Source of the DNA: Catajapyx aquilonaris | Taxonomy: Eukaryota | Assembly: GCA_000934665.2 (NCBI GenBank) | Contig: KZ538237.1 | Span: forward strand, 1-64,000 | Length of the DNA: 64,000 bases | Reading direction: 5' to 3' | Notes under the pieces: model-generated | The model's input: only the letters and a program-made list of their open reading frames with translations | The model's database searches: none | Told to the model about the DNA's origin: nothing | Program-made: the position numbers and the translations under genes | Shown: positions 1 to 12,400 of the stretch, one piece after another | Layout of the letters: each line of letters starts with the position of its first letter | How positions within the stretch are numbered: the first letter of the stretch is position 1

Positions 1-460
1 GATGTGCTAGAATGATTAGGTTAATTTTCTTCTCACAGGTGGAGGTAAAGGTGCGTTAACTAGGTATAGCCTAGGTTTGCCATGAATATTTTACCAAAAA
101 TGCATTTTTGACTTTATAGTGTTTGTGTGGACAGGGCTCGTCCATAACGTACAGTATAGTAGGGGAAGGCCGGGAGGTATCGGACACTCTTTAGATATTC
201 ATTAAAAATAAATGTGTTTTTTTTCTTCATTTATATGCTATGTCAAGAAGTGGATTCATGCACAATATATCGCAATTAATTCCACCATATAATCATTGCA
301 GGCTTTGCAACAATTTCTTTTTGCCACCGCGGCATAATGTCCCATTCCTCCCCCCTGGTCCCATGTGCGGGAGGAATGGAACGCTCCAGGGGGAGGATTT
401 GGGACATTCTTAAATAGACGACATAATTAGCAATTTTCCTGCTTTGTTCCACATGTGGAC

Positions 461-975
461 CTAATACACAGCATTAAGGTACATTCACATATCGGCGACT
501 GCGACTCCGTGCCCGAGCGCCGTCGCGGCCATGGTGTCGCTCAGCTGCTGGAGGCCCGGTAGCAGAGCTCTTTGGGGCACTACATTGTGACAGCATCCAC
601 TGGACGGGAACTCCGTCGCTGGGGGCACCGCGTCGTGGATCGACGGGGCACAGAATCGGTCGCTGGGCACGGAATCGCGGATATGTGAATGCAGCTTTAT
701 TCTGCAATTCCACAGCAAAGGACATGCGAGTATTCATTCGATCCGTATACCCCCTTGTTGGATAGGCATTGGCAACTTCTTCACTAAGTCAGATCGACTA
801 ACACAACTACAGTCTTCAATGTCCGGAAAGGAAAAAGTCATTGTTGCTGGCCTTATTTTTGCGCAGATATCTTACTTCAATATCTTGTTCGTCTACAGAA
901 ACCACTTCACATGTGTAGTAAACAACGTTCTTCGCACTGGTACCTGTAGGTTTGAACATTAGGCTACATAGGAAT
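461..975 (-). pseudogene. Frameshifted C-terminal remnant of a pogo-like (DDE_1-type) transposase
   Basis: Joining frames gives KNVVYYTCEVVSVDEQDIEVRYLRKNKASNNDFF/FPDIEDCSCVSRSDLVKKLPMPIQQG/..RMNTRMSFAVELQN[MITE removed]NAVY*. This resembles the C-terminal tail I recall for invertebrate pogo-like transposases (YY.G.V...EV.FLRK...F.FP..EDI..V...DIV..LP.P). It lies inside TA-flanked TIRs. Similarity is from memory, not a search. Confidence 0.65.
477..696. mobile_element. PIF/Harbinger-type MITE
   Basis: Inverted termini AGGTACATTCACATATC / GATATGTGAATGCAGCT, with further inverted matches (tccgtgccc / gggcacgga). 3-bp TTA TSD (474-476, 697-699). Removing it restores the last codons of the transposase remnant. 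Confidence 0.82.
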
Positions 976-1157
976 TGGACGTCCCATACCTCACTTCCCT
1001 GCTTTGTCCAACTCCTCCCGAATAGCTCCAAATAACAAACATGGCTGGCTTGCCTTTACAGAAGTAAGCATGGCAGACTATCATATCCTGCTCTATCTAA
1101 TGAAAAATACACCATCCCACAGCTCCTTGTTCGACAAGTCTATCTGCATTATATGTA

Positions 1158-1262
1158 CTATATCGCTCAAAAACATAGAGACGATTTTGCATTTGACTCA
1201 AGTGCAGCTTGCAATATATTGAATCAAATGCAAAATCGTCTCTATGTTTTTGAGCGATATAG
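1158..1262. mobile_element. Hairpin MITE with TA TSD
   Basis: Near-perfect ~43-bp inverted arms CTATATCGCTCAAAAACATAGAGACGATTTTGCATTTGA..; TA at 1156-1157 and 1263-1264; related copy at 17241-17323. Confidence 0.88.
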
Positions 1263-2250
1263 TAAGTACGTCAAACTGCATTCAAACATTATAACAAAAA
1301 CGTACTTTTAAATGCCCAAATCAAGTATTTTGTACCAGGCTGCAGGTCCCTGCAGATCTTGTCTGAGGCCCTGCGCAGGAGTCATGTTAGAGGCTCCTTC
1401 TTATAACGACATAAAAAAACACGTAACCAAAACAATTACTATTGACGTTTGGCATTATTGAAGTCATGATTACATGGTTGGGACTGGTTGGCAAGTTAGC
1501 CGTCTAAGGCATATAATGAAGTTATAAATGGATATTAATTCTGCTTGAATTTTCTAAAAAAGTTTGCAGAGTTTACAAATATATCACATTTCATATTAGC
1601 GATGTTTGCAATATATTTTGGTCTACAGTAAGGGAAAAATAAATTCATAGGCATACCTGTATAATCATCAGTAAATTTCTTGCGATTCACAGTTTTCATT
1701 GCTCGGTGTAAAGTGAAATAAATTTATAGACTGTCCTATAGACTCCAAAAATGTACAAATCAGTCAATGAAAGGCGCCAGTAGGTACCAATTTCACTTGC
1801 ACAAGCACAGAACAATAGTTTTGTATTTTTTGTATTTTTTTATTTTACTTCCCCCATTGGGAGAATATCAGCGCTCCTTTAGGGGGGTGGAATACCAGCA
1901 TTTTTCATGTCAAGTTTTCTAATTTTTCTTCTAACTCCGGTGCAAGGATGAAAGGACATGGCTAAGGATAGGGATTTTTGAGGAGGGGACACAGGTGCAA
2001 GTGCAATGTCTGAAAAGGGTCATGTGCAGTCCCCCAGGAGGCTAGCACAGAACAACATTATTCGCCCTCCCTGAAAATGCAACCAGTCGAGATATGGAAA
2101 AGAGGAAAAGGGCTATAAATGCACACAAATAGGGTGTCGGGGAACCTAGTTCCTAACTATTGCAATGTCATGGCTCCTCTTGCACACATAGTATCTTAAT
2201 TAATTAATGGTTTTAATGCCCGACATGAGGCATTATTTTATAATAATATT

Positions 2251-3856
2251 ACACTACGTGACAAAAATCAACATTTTTGTTCTTGAAAATTTATTGCTCT
2301 TAGTTACATGTTCCTTAGGTCACTGGTAACTTACAATGACTTGTCATTCTATCTGAATTTTGTCTTAAACTTTGTGGCTGTCAAAGAACCCACGTCCTCG
2401 AAATGTTTGGGTCATTCCGAATCAAGTGGGATGAAATGTTGCTTGACCCCTCGGATTTTGGTGGAAATAAAGACAGAAGTGCACAACTATTCCATAACGC
2501 TAAATATCATGTTTCATCCATTTTGCTCAATACCGCGAGGAGGGGCAAATTCGCGAATTTGGGCATAGGCTACAATGAGGCCTTTTTTGGAAGAACTTTT
2601 TCGGTTAGTGGAATTGGTCAAAACAAATGAAGTAAAAAAGACTAGAAAATGCAACAATGAAATTAATAGATTCTCCTAAAAAATGTAAGCAGAAAAACGT
2701 GTGCCATTCGTTCTATTCGTCACATGCTCAGTCACAGGTCAAAGATTTTGGACGCCGATAATTACACTAGTCAGCAAGATTTGCACATGAACAATTTTAG
2801 CGGTTTCTAATGCATTCATATGCGCTGATTCCGAATATGAAGTCAGAAATTGTCCATCACCCTCCATTTTCTTGTAGCAGCCATACCTTATTTTGGGGAA
2901 AGTACACTGCACATTGCTCAATATGACTAATATACGAGTGCGATCAACAATGGTTTTGTTAAATTTGCCATTTTCACTTTTTATTATGTATTAGTATGCG
3001 CTGAGTTTGAATTTGAAGTCAAAATGTTTCTTTCCGCATCCATTTTCTTGTAACATGCCTGACTCTCCCAAGAATATGCCTACTTTGCATAGCTCAATAT
3101 CATTAATTTGCTGGGCAACATTGGGTTTTGTTTAAGGCACCATTTTTGGTGTCTCTCATGTATTAGTATGCACTGATTGCCAATATGAAGTCAGAATTTT
3201 CATATCGGCATCCATTTTCTTGTAACAAGGGCGACACGGTGACCGAGTGGTTAGCGTCGCAGCCTTTTCCACCTCTAAGGTCCCAGGTTCGATCCCCGGG
3301 TCGGGCAGAGGATACTTATGTGGAAAGAGTTTCGATGGGTTCTCTCCGTGTTCGCGTGGGTTTTCTCGGGGCTCTCCCGTTTCCTCCCACAATCAAAATC
3401 CATCACAGGAAAGACAATGATTAAAGACGGGAATTTAAAAGATGATCACCTAAGAGGCCCAAGGAGGCCTATCACGGGGTATCCATTATTATTGTTGTTG
3501 TTATCTTCTTGTAACAAGCGTATACCTTGTTTTCAAGAATTACTGAACATGGCTCATTGTCACCTTCTGCATATTTTTTGTAAGCATTTTTATTCCATGT
3601 GAGGATTTTGGTATCGATATCTAATTATCTACAATGGGGGCATCAAAACTAATCCATACTAACTAAGCCTTAAAGTGTATGACTCTAACCTACATTAAGA
3701 GAGGTTTTTTGATACCGTAAAAATGCCAATTACTCAAAAACTGTAGGTGATAGAAGAAATGGGTTAAGATATTTGAAATCTGCGCAATAAATACAATAAG
3801 AATTTCACATTCAAGCCCATGTGCCAGAAGAAAAGTTCAATTTTGTCGACTAGTGT
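2251..3856. mobile_element. Non-autonomous DNA transposon with 4-bp TSD and internal ~175-bp repeats
   Basis: Imperfect TIRs ACACTACGTGACAAAAATCAACATTTTT / AAGAAAAGTTCAATTTTGTCGACTAGTGT; TATT on both sides (2247-2250, 3857-3860). Internal repeat tgcgctgattccgaatatgaagtcagaa..tccattttcttgta at ~2821, ~2997 and ~3168. Superfamily not assigned. Confidence 0.72.
3230..3505 (+). mobile_element. tRNA-derived SINE with V-domain-like core
   Basis: A-box-like ggtgaccgagtggtt, B-box ggttcgatccc, V-like core ttctctccgtgttcgcgtgggttttctcggggctctcccgtttcctcccaca, (ATT/GTT)n tail. 13-bp TSD TTCTTGTAACAAG (3217-3229, 3506-3518). Confidence 0.9.
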
Positions 3857-4245
3857 TATTAGTTATGTGTTTGCGTAACTTCAGTCATATTTGGTGACAT
3901 GAGTTAGTTGTGACCACCATGAGGTTTAATATCACCGGTATGTTCAATTTGAAACCAGGTAAAATATGAGGGAATAATTTGCAGATTCATAACTAATTTT
4001 AGGGGGCCCAAATTATGAGATATGTGACCGATGGAATGCCACATGTTTTTCTGGTTACATATACGAGTAAAGTTAATTCTATTGTTGCATTCGCCTCGTC
4101 TTGCATATGGACAAGGCCCAGGCCCCCGACCGAAACAGGAGGCCCCAAATTGGCGAATTTCTATTGGAATAAATTTTACATTTAAAAGCCAGTATTGAAT
4201 TATAGGGCCCCGAGTCCCCAAGCCAAAGAGGGGCCCCAAATTGGC

Positions 4246-4286
<41 letters not shown>
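4246..4286. repeat. (TTA)n microsatellite within degenerate ggccccaaattgg repeats (~4000-4330)
   Basis: Direct reading of the sequence. Confidence 0.9.
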
Positions 4287-4430
4287 GCCAAAATTTGGAA
4301 ATTATAAGTCAGTATTGAAATGGGGCCTCCAGAAATGATTCGGCCCTAATGTGTTCAGACGCCATTGGGATTGGGTGTTTTTCCCAGTAAGTTTCTATCT
4401 GCTGGTAGTGCAAACTTGCAAGCACAATAA

Positions 4431-4613
4431 AGGCCCATACACATAACCCGTCGACGGTTTTGGTTTTTGGTCGCGTTTACGCCGCGGACCAATCATGACT
4501 CATGTAAACAAGCGCAACCCATTGTTTACAGCTTGTTTACATGAGTCATGATTGGTCCGAGGCGTCAACGCGACCAAAAACCCAAACCGTCGACGGCCTG
4601 TGTGTATGGGCCT
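4431..4613. mobile_element. PIF/Harbinger-type hairpin MITE
   Basis: Termini AGGCCCATACACA / TGTGTATGGGCCT; ~80-bp inverted arms; TAA TSD (4428-4430, 4614-4616). Confidence 0.9.
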
Positions 4614-5240
4614 TAATAAAGCGGGGATTTTGAAGGTGTCCCATACCTCCCGACTGTCCCCTACGTTATGTGGGACGGAGTAATGGTGAGATGTCCGGAG
4701 TAGTCCTGGCGTTACTTGTGAGGGGAGAGAGGGACAGGGTGGTGGTGGTGGGTGAGAGTTGGAGGAGGTGGACAGTTGGTTGTCCACAATAGCAGAGCGT
4801 TACTTTTGTGTGTGGAGGGCGGTGTAGGGGGAGGGGGATGCGTGACTATGTGGGGCATGGATGTGGGGGTAGGGGTCAAACATCACGACCTGTGTACAGT
4901 ACCCACCAAATACATGCATGACAACCAAAGGCACACACCTTCAAGCACACCTCTCATTTGCAACCAATGAGCACGACTTACAAGAGATTATAATAACATA
5001 TCCATTTATACGAATATGAGCTGAATTCTGGATATGGTTTATCCTTTCAGAATTGGTCATTTGCCAAGAACTGACTTTGTCACATGTGTACAGGATGCAC
5101 AAAAATAACTGACCCCACAGCAAATGTTCATAATAACACTGTTGCATAAATTCAGCCCTTCCCCTCCTTGCAGAGATAAATGTCAAAACAGATCTTACAA
5201 CTTCAATGCTATAACGAAGGAGCATAATATTCTCATATTC

Positions 5241-5295
5241 TTTTACAAGGATTTGCTACTGTACTGACAAGTACAGTAGCAAAATCCTTGTAAAA
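5241..5295. repeat. Short inverted repeat (hairpin)
   Basis: ttttacaaggatttgctactgtact-gaca-agtacagtagcaaaatccttgtaaaa, ~25-bp arms with one indel. Confidence 0.8.
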
Positions 5296-7000
5296 GCATA
5301 AGGCAAAAGAAACTCTAAATATTATGTTAGCTATGTTGCAATTATAGTGGAAATATTAAAGTTTAAGTTTGCAATCGTTATAAATATCTATTATAAATTT
5401 GGCAGTAATTTTTAAGTAGAACAGGAAATGGAGGTGTGAGACCCGTTTCAAGATGCGACTCGTAATTATACGAAATAAGATTCTGTTTATTTGGGTAGAT
5501 TAAGACATTTAAAAACAAACTGTACCGGTAGGCCTACCTGATTTCGGAGCATATACAGCCATAACAACAGGACGAGTATGGATTGTTTAGCCCAGGAACC
5601 AGTTCTAAGAATATCAACAATCACTATACAAGGAACTGTGCTGTTGTTGCTCTCAATGGGTTGTTTCTATTACGCTAGTGACTAGAGAAAACAATTCATA
5701 AAATATGAAACGTGAACTTGGGAAGTGCACCAGTAGGTATAATGACACCTGTGATAGGTCAGTGGCCTCAATTTCTCCTTGTCTTTGTTGGTTTCTGAAA
5801 TGTTGATGGATTTTTAAAAGCCACTAAAGCATAAAGGTGACCCACAGAAACTATTTCTCACAGGTGAAATCCATTGATCGACCGAGGTTTGAACTCAGGA
5901 CATCAGCAGACACAGGTAGCACCTGTACTTCCAAAATATGTTACATACGGTTGCATAACATTTCCTCGTGATGTTTTTTTGTCCTTTGTCACATCATTGG
6001 CTTCTGACGTCTTTTCTTCACACTTTCCCACAGTGATAAGAAAGTACTTTACACGTGTGATACTTCGTCCTCTCCGGCAGGAACCTTCAACTTTGAACTG
6101 ACGCAGCTCTTACAGGCAGGTGGTTATCTTGACACAGGATGTAAAAATGCTGATGTAGCTAACCTCAGTGCACAGGCGCAGTTGGAACATCATGACCTCC
6201 AGAAGAAATGATTCACACGCCCCCCCCCCCCTTCCACCCCGTTTCTTCCAGAAGCTTCTCTTCGTCCACCACACCCAAGGGCTCAACCGAAGCTAGCTCG
6301 GACATAATCGTCACCAACTACCTTCACTTCTTCACCAGCCTCCGAAGTGATAACCTCGTGCCTCCATTGTCTTCCTGCTGTGTGTGTGACAAAAGACTGC
6401 GGCCATCACCAAGTGCCTTTGTAGATGCAGGTCATCGCCCAAGATTTGAAGCAGCCAGGTCGCATCGCCCAAGACTTGATGCAGCCAGGTCACATCGCCC
6501 AAGATTTGGTCATCGGGATGGTCAAGTCTCTCCGTCAGGTCAGTACAGTGCAGTGCAGTGATTTTTTTTTCTCCAGGTGCCAGGCCCGGTGACTGTTCGT
6601 TGATTATTCTGTGTGTAGGTTCGCTAGGTAGATTTCACACCTGTTCGAGTTGACTTGCACAAGTTAAAGGATAGGAACAGTATGTTATGGAGTCAGGTGG
6701 TCAGTTCGGTATGACGAGTGAGGATAGGATATAGGAGGGGGGTCGGTACCTACTTTGGCCAGGACCCAGGAGATCACAGGAGTTCATCGTTTGTAACTTG
6801 ACTTCGGTTGGAAAGTGCTATTGCTCAACTAGCCACCATTTTGTGACCCCCCCCCCCCCCCTCGACAGATCAGGGCGTAGATGTACCGTACTTGTGTTCA
6901 GGTTAGAATGATGAGATTGTAATATATTTTCTTCTCCCAGGTGGAGGTAACGGTCCGTTATTTGATGTAGCCTAGGTTTACCAGGAAGATTTCACCAAAT

Positions 7001-7249
7001 GAATGGGTTAGTGCCATAACGTGCTAAGCCACAAAACCTTCATTCTGAGATATGGGCTTTCAAAAGTTTGGCTTAATATGGCAAATCATACAAAACAAGG
7101 AACATTATTCGTGATTTTCTCCTGATCTATGGGGAATTTTTCTAACTACGTGATGCCCACTTGTGAAGCACGATGGTGGGACTTTCAGACACGTGCAAGC
7201 TCAAAAAACACAAAAGTGTGGCTTAGCACGTTATGGCACTAACCCCTTC
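7001..7249. mobile_element. Non-autonomous DNA transposon with AAAT TSD (Sola-like)
   Basis: TIR GAATGGGTTAGTGCCATAACGTGCTAAGCCACA / TGTGGCTTAGCACGTTATGGCACTAACCCCTTC; AAAT at 6997-7000 and 7250-7253. The empty site ttcaccaaatattttgc is in the sister copy at ~9877-9893. An AWWT 4-bp TSD fits Sola elements, but the family is inferred. Confidence 0.88.
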
Positions 7250-9238
7250 AAATATTGCATTATTGACTAGTGGTTGTATGGACAAGGCTCGTCCATAACG
7301 TACAGTACGTTATGCAGGACGGTGTAGGGGGAGGGGGTGTCCAGAGTAGTCATGGCGTTACTTCTGATGGGAAGGGGGGGGGGGGGTGAAAGTTGGACGA
7401 GGTTGTTGTCCACAATAGCAGGGCGTTACTTTTGTGTGTGGAGGGCGGTGTAGGGGGGAGGGGGTCGCGTGGCTATGTGGGGTATGTATGTGGAGGTGGA
7501 GGTCAAACATCCCGAGTGTTTGCTGAACGTATTTCATGAATGACCTTTCATTCTTAAAGCAAATCATGCTGACCTTTCCTTCACCTCCAAATCACTCAAG
7601 ATGTGACCACTCGCATCAGCGAGGTCATCCAGAATGTCATATCTCTCCCCACTCTTCGTAAGGTCAACTACAGTGCAGTGACTTCTTTTCGGGTATTCAG
7701 CCCACTGACGGGTCTTTGTTTCTTTGTAGTATAAGATTGTTCGGTGGAAGTTATTGGTACTAGTACATCACGACCTCCAGACTAAATGATTCTCACCCCC
7801 CCCCCTCTTCCACCCCGTTTCTTCCAGTAGCTTTGACCTTTGTCCATCACATCCAGGGACTCAACCGAAGGTAGCTCGAACGTAGTCGTCACCAGCTACC
7901 TGCACCTCTTCACCAGCCTCCGAAGTGATAGCCTCGTGCCTCCATTGTCTTCCTGCTGTGTGTGTGACAAAAGGCTGCGGCCATCACCCAAGGGCCTTTG
8001 TAGATGCTGGTCATCACCCAAGAATTGAAGCAACAGGGTCACATCGCCGAAGACTTGAAGAAGCGACGTCACATCGCCAAAGAATTGATTATCGGGAAGG
8101 TCACGTATCTCCGTAAGGTTAGTAGAGTGCAGAGATTTCTTTTCAGGTGTCAGGCCCGGTGACAGTTAGTTGATTATTCAGTGTACAGCTCGGTAGATTT
8201 CACACTTATTCAAGTAGACTTGCACAAGTTAAAGGATAATTATGAACAATAGGCCTACGTGATTGGGTCAAGATAGTGGTCAGGAGGAGAAGACATAAGA
8301 GGGGGTGTCAGTACTTTGGCTAGGAGGTACAGCGGTTCAGAATTTGTGTTGGCGTCTTTCCTAAATTGCCATTGCTAGACTAGCCGCCATTTTGGTGTCC
8401 GAGTTAGGCGTTGCCCCATCCCTCCCACCCAGATCAGGATGTGCCTTTTCCCAAGTGAAAGTAACGGTCCGTTAACTAAGGTGAGCTCGGTTTGTCCTGA
8501 ACATTTCACCCTATACACTGCATTGTTGCTGCTGTTGGTGTGGACAGGTCTCGTATATGAAGGACGTTATGCTGAACGGGGTAATGGTTAGGGTGGGGTG
8601 GGGGTGTCCTGGGTAGCATGGCGTTACTTTTGTGGGGGGTGTTGGGCTGATGGGGGCAGCTTGACTGCATGGAACATGTATATGGTGATGGAGGTCAAAA
8701 ATGCCAATATAAAACTAAAATCACTTGATAATATTGTCCCTTCATTCGTAAAAGTGCTTCCAAAATATGTTACATACGGTTGCATAACATTTCCTCGTGA
8801 GGTTTTTTGTCCTTTGTCACATCATTGGCTTCTGACGTCTTTTCTTCACACTTTCCCACAGTGATAAGAAAGTACTTTACACGTGTGATACTTCGCGTCC
8901 TCTCCGGCAGGAACCTTCAACTTTGAACTGACGCAGCTCTTACAGGCAGGTGGTTATCTTGACACAGGATGTAAAAATGCTGATGTAGCTAGCCTCAGTG
9001 CACTGGCGCAGTTGGAACATCATGACCTCCAGAAGAAATGATTCACACGCCCCCCCCCCCCCTCCCTTCCACACCGTTTCTTCCAGAAGCTTCTCTTCGT
9101 CCACCACACCAAAGGACTCAATCGAAGCTAGCTCGGACATAATCGTCACCAAGTACCTTCACTTCTTCACCAACCTCCGAAGTGATAACCTCGTGCCTCC
9201 ATTGTCTTCCTGCTGTGTGTGTGACAAAAGACTGCGGC

Positions 9239-9405
9239 CATCACCCAAGTGCCTTTGTAGATGCAGGTCATCGCCCAAGATTTGAAGCAGCCAGGTCACA
9301 TCGCCCAAGACTTGAAGCTGGCAGGTCACATCGCCCAAGACTTGAAGCAGCCATGTCACATCGCCCAAGACTTGATGCAGCCAGGTCACATCGCCCAAGA
9401 TTTGG
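9239..9405. repeat. 30-bp minisatellite nested in block X
   Basis: tcgcccaaga at 9271, 9301, 9331, 9361 and 9391, plus a diverged tcacccaag at 9241; 2-3 core copies in the other units. Confidence 0.92.
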
Positions 9406-12400
9406 TCATCGGGATGGTCAAGTCTCTCCGTCAGGTCAGTACAGTGCAGTGCAGTGATTTTTTTCAGGTGTCAGGCCCGGTGACTGTTCGTTGATTATTC
9501 GGTGTGTAGGTTTGCTAGGTAAATTTCACGCCTGTTCGAGTTGACTGTTGACTTGCGCAAGTTAAAAGGATATGAACAGTTATGGGGTCAGGTGGTCAGT
9601 TCGGTATGACTAGTGAGGAGAGGATATAATATAGGAGGGGGGTCGGTACTTTCGCCGCATGGACCCAGGAGGTCACAGGAGTTCAGAGTTTGTAACTTGA
9701 CTTCGGTTGGAAAGTGCTATTGCTCAATTAGCCGACATTTTGGGACACCCCCCGCCAGATCAAGAAGTAGATGTACCGTACTTGTGTTCAGGTTAGAATG
9801 ATGAGATTGTAATTTTCTTCTCCCAGGTGGAGGTAACGGTCCGTTAACTGAGGTAGCCTAGGTTTACCAGGAAGATTTCACCAAATATTTTGCATTCTTG
9901 ACTAGTGGTTGTGTGGACAAGGCTCGTCCATAACGTACAGTACGTTATGCAGTACGGGGTAAGGGGGGGGGGNCATGGGGTTACTTCTGAGGGGTGGAGG
10001 GGGTGAAAGTTGGAGGAGGTGGTTATCCACGACAGCAGGGCGTTACTTTTGTGTGTGGAGGGTGGTGTAGGGTGGAGGGGGCTGAGTGGCTATGAGGGGT
10101 ATAGAAGTGGGGGTGGGGGTCAAACATCCCGAGTGTTTGCTGAACGTATTTCATGAATGACCTTTCATTCTTAAAGCAAATCATGCTGACCTCTCCCTCA
10201 CCCCCAAATCACGCAAGATGTGACCACTCGCAGCAGCGAGGTCATCCAGAATGTCATATCTCTCCCCACTATCCGTAAGGTCAACTGCAGTGCAGTGACT
10301 TCTTTTCGGGTATTCAGCCCAGTGACTGTTTTTTGATTCTTTGATTGCAGTATATAAGTTTGTTCGGTAGAAGTTGGTAGTACTAGTACATCACAACCTC
10401 CAGACGAAATGATTCACACGCCCCCCCCCCCNGTTTTTTTACAGTAGCCTCTCGAAGTGACCTTTGTCCACCACACCCAGGGACTCAACCGAAGCTAGCT
10501 CGAACGTAGTCGTCACCAGCTACCTGCACTTGCTCACCAACCTCCGTAGTGATAGCCTCGTGCCTCCATTGTCTTGCTGCTGTGTGTGTGTGACAAAAGA
10601 CTGCAGCCATCACCCAAGTGCCTTTGTAGATGCAGGTCATCGCCCAAGATTTGAAGCAGCAGGGTCACATCGCCAAAGAATTGGTTATCGGGATGGTCAC
10701 GTCTCTCCGTAAGGTCAGTAGAGTGCAGTGATTTCTTTTCAGGTGTCAGGCCCGGTGACAGTTTGTTGATTATTCAGTGTGTAGCTCGGTAAATTTCACA
10801 CTTATTCGAGTAGACTTGCACAAGTTAATGGATATGAACAGTACGTGATTGGATCAAGATAGTGGTCATGATGAGAAGACATAAGAGGGGGTGTCGCTAC
10901 TTTGGCTAGGAGGTACAGCGGTTCAGAATTTGTGTTGGCGTCTGTCCTAAATTGCCACTGCTAGACTAGCCGCCATATTGGTGTCCGGGTAGGGCGTGCC
11001 CCCNCCCCCCCCCCAGATCATGATGTGCCTTTTCCCAGGTGAAAGTAACGGTCCGTTAACTAAGGTGAGCTCGGTTTGTCCTGAACATTTCACCTATACA
11101 CTGCATTGTTGTTGGTGTTGGTGTGGACAGGGCTCGTATACATGAAGGACGTTATGCTGAACGGGGTAATGCTGAGGGTGGGGTGGGGTGGGGGTGTCCT
11201 GGGTAGCATGGCGTTACTTTTGTGGGGGGTGTTGGGGGAATGGGGCAGCGTGACTACGTGGGACATGTATATAGTGATGGAGGTCAAAAATTCCGATATA
11301 TAGCTAAAATCACTTGAATATTGTCCCTTCATTCGAAAAACAATTATTCATTCTGATACTCGGCCTTTTTGACCCCTCCCCCATTCCCACATCACGCATT
11401 CTGTGCCCACTCCCAGCAGCGAGGTCAACTGGAAGGACATCCCTCTCCGTAAGGTCAACTACAGTGCAGTGCTTTCTTTTCAGGTGTTAGGCCCGATGAC
11501 AGTTCGTCGATTATTCAGTCTAGCTCGGTAGATTTCACTCCGGTCCTGTTCGAACACTGTACTTGCACAAATTAAAGAATACGAACAGTGATGGGGTCAG
11601 GTGGTCAGTTTGGTATGACCAGTGATGTGGGGTTATGGGGGGGATGGGGGTCGGTGTACTTTGTCCAGGACATCACCACGGTTCAGAATTTACGAGTATG
11701 TTGGTTTCTGTCAGAAATTGCCATTTCTGGACTAGTCAGTCGCCATTTTGTTGTCCAAATTGGGCGTTGCCCCGCCCCCCCCCCTCCTCGAAGATCAGGA
11801 TGTAGGCTACAGATAAGAATCCCAATGTCAATGGTGAGGTTAAGCTTTTTCATGTGAAAGTAACTGTCCGTTAAATCCTCGGTTTGTCCTGAGCATTTCA
11901 CGCACACTGCATTGTTGTTGATGTAAGTGTGGACAGGGTTCGTCCATAAAGTAGGCCTATGTTATGCTGGACGGGGTAATGGTGAGCAAATTGTGCTGAC
12001 CCGTCCCGTAAACCCAAATCACATATGCTGTGACCACTCCCAGCATCGAGGTCATCTGGAATGTCATATCTCTCCAAAAAGCCAGTGGCCTACAGTCCAG
12101 GGACATTTTTTCGGGTGTTCGACCCAGTGACCGTTCGTTGATGTTTTTGTAGTAGTCTACCGGTATAAATTTGTTCGTTATAATTGACAACTATTTATTC
12201 TATTGGACTTGTAGGCCTACAAGATGAAGTATAAGAACAGATATTCATGCAGGCAGGTTGTTATCTCGGTACATGAGAAAAAATGATTATGTAACTATCC
12301 TCAATGCAGTTGGCACATCATAACCTCAGACGAGATGATTCACGCCGCCCCCTCCCCTTCTACCCCGCTTCTTACAGAAGCTTCTCGAAGTGGACTTCGT

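Larger units (their letters stand above)
162..4661 (-). mobile_element. Internally deleted pogo/Tc1-mariner-type DNA transposon carrying nested insertions
   Basis: 26-bp TIRs GGGGAAGGCCGGGAGGTATCGGACAC (162-187) and GTGTCCCATACCTCCCGACTGTCCCC (4636-4661), 22/26 match. TA on both sides (160-161, 4662-4663). The flanks rejoin into the array motif ccataacgtacag..ta|cgttatg. TIR-like subterminal repeats at ~338-408 and ~978-1022. Confidence 0.88.
5927..11335. repeat. Recent two-copy tandem duplication inside the array (5927-8756 and 8757-~11335)
   Basis: Block cttccaaaatatgttacatacgg...gcagctcttacaggcagg occurs at ~5928 and ~8757. Each is followed by the same X-S-Y-Z-S'-X-S-Y'-Z' order with shared diagnostic variants. 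Copy 1 is longer mainly because of the 7001-7249 insertion. Confidence 0.88.

Noticed and set aside
3230..3305. tRNA gene
   Set aside because: It is the head of a SINE, with body, tail and TSD; it does not form a full cloverleaf.
6560..6720. Selenoprotein or alternative-code reading of recurrent TGA codons on the minus strand
   Set aside because: TAG/TAA stops and frameshifts also occur, one TGA is CGA in a sister copy, and no SECIS was identified.
9150..9560. CRESS-virus Rep (YTLNN and HLQ look-alikes) or death-effector/LRR domain in the repeat translation
   Set aside because: The motif fragments lie in different frames with the wrong spacing; no motif III or Walker A; similarity is too weak.
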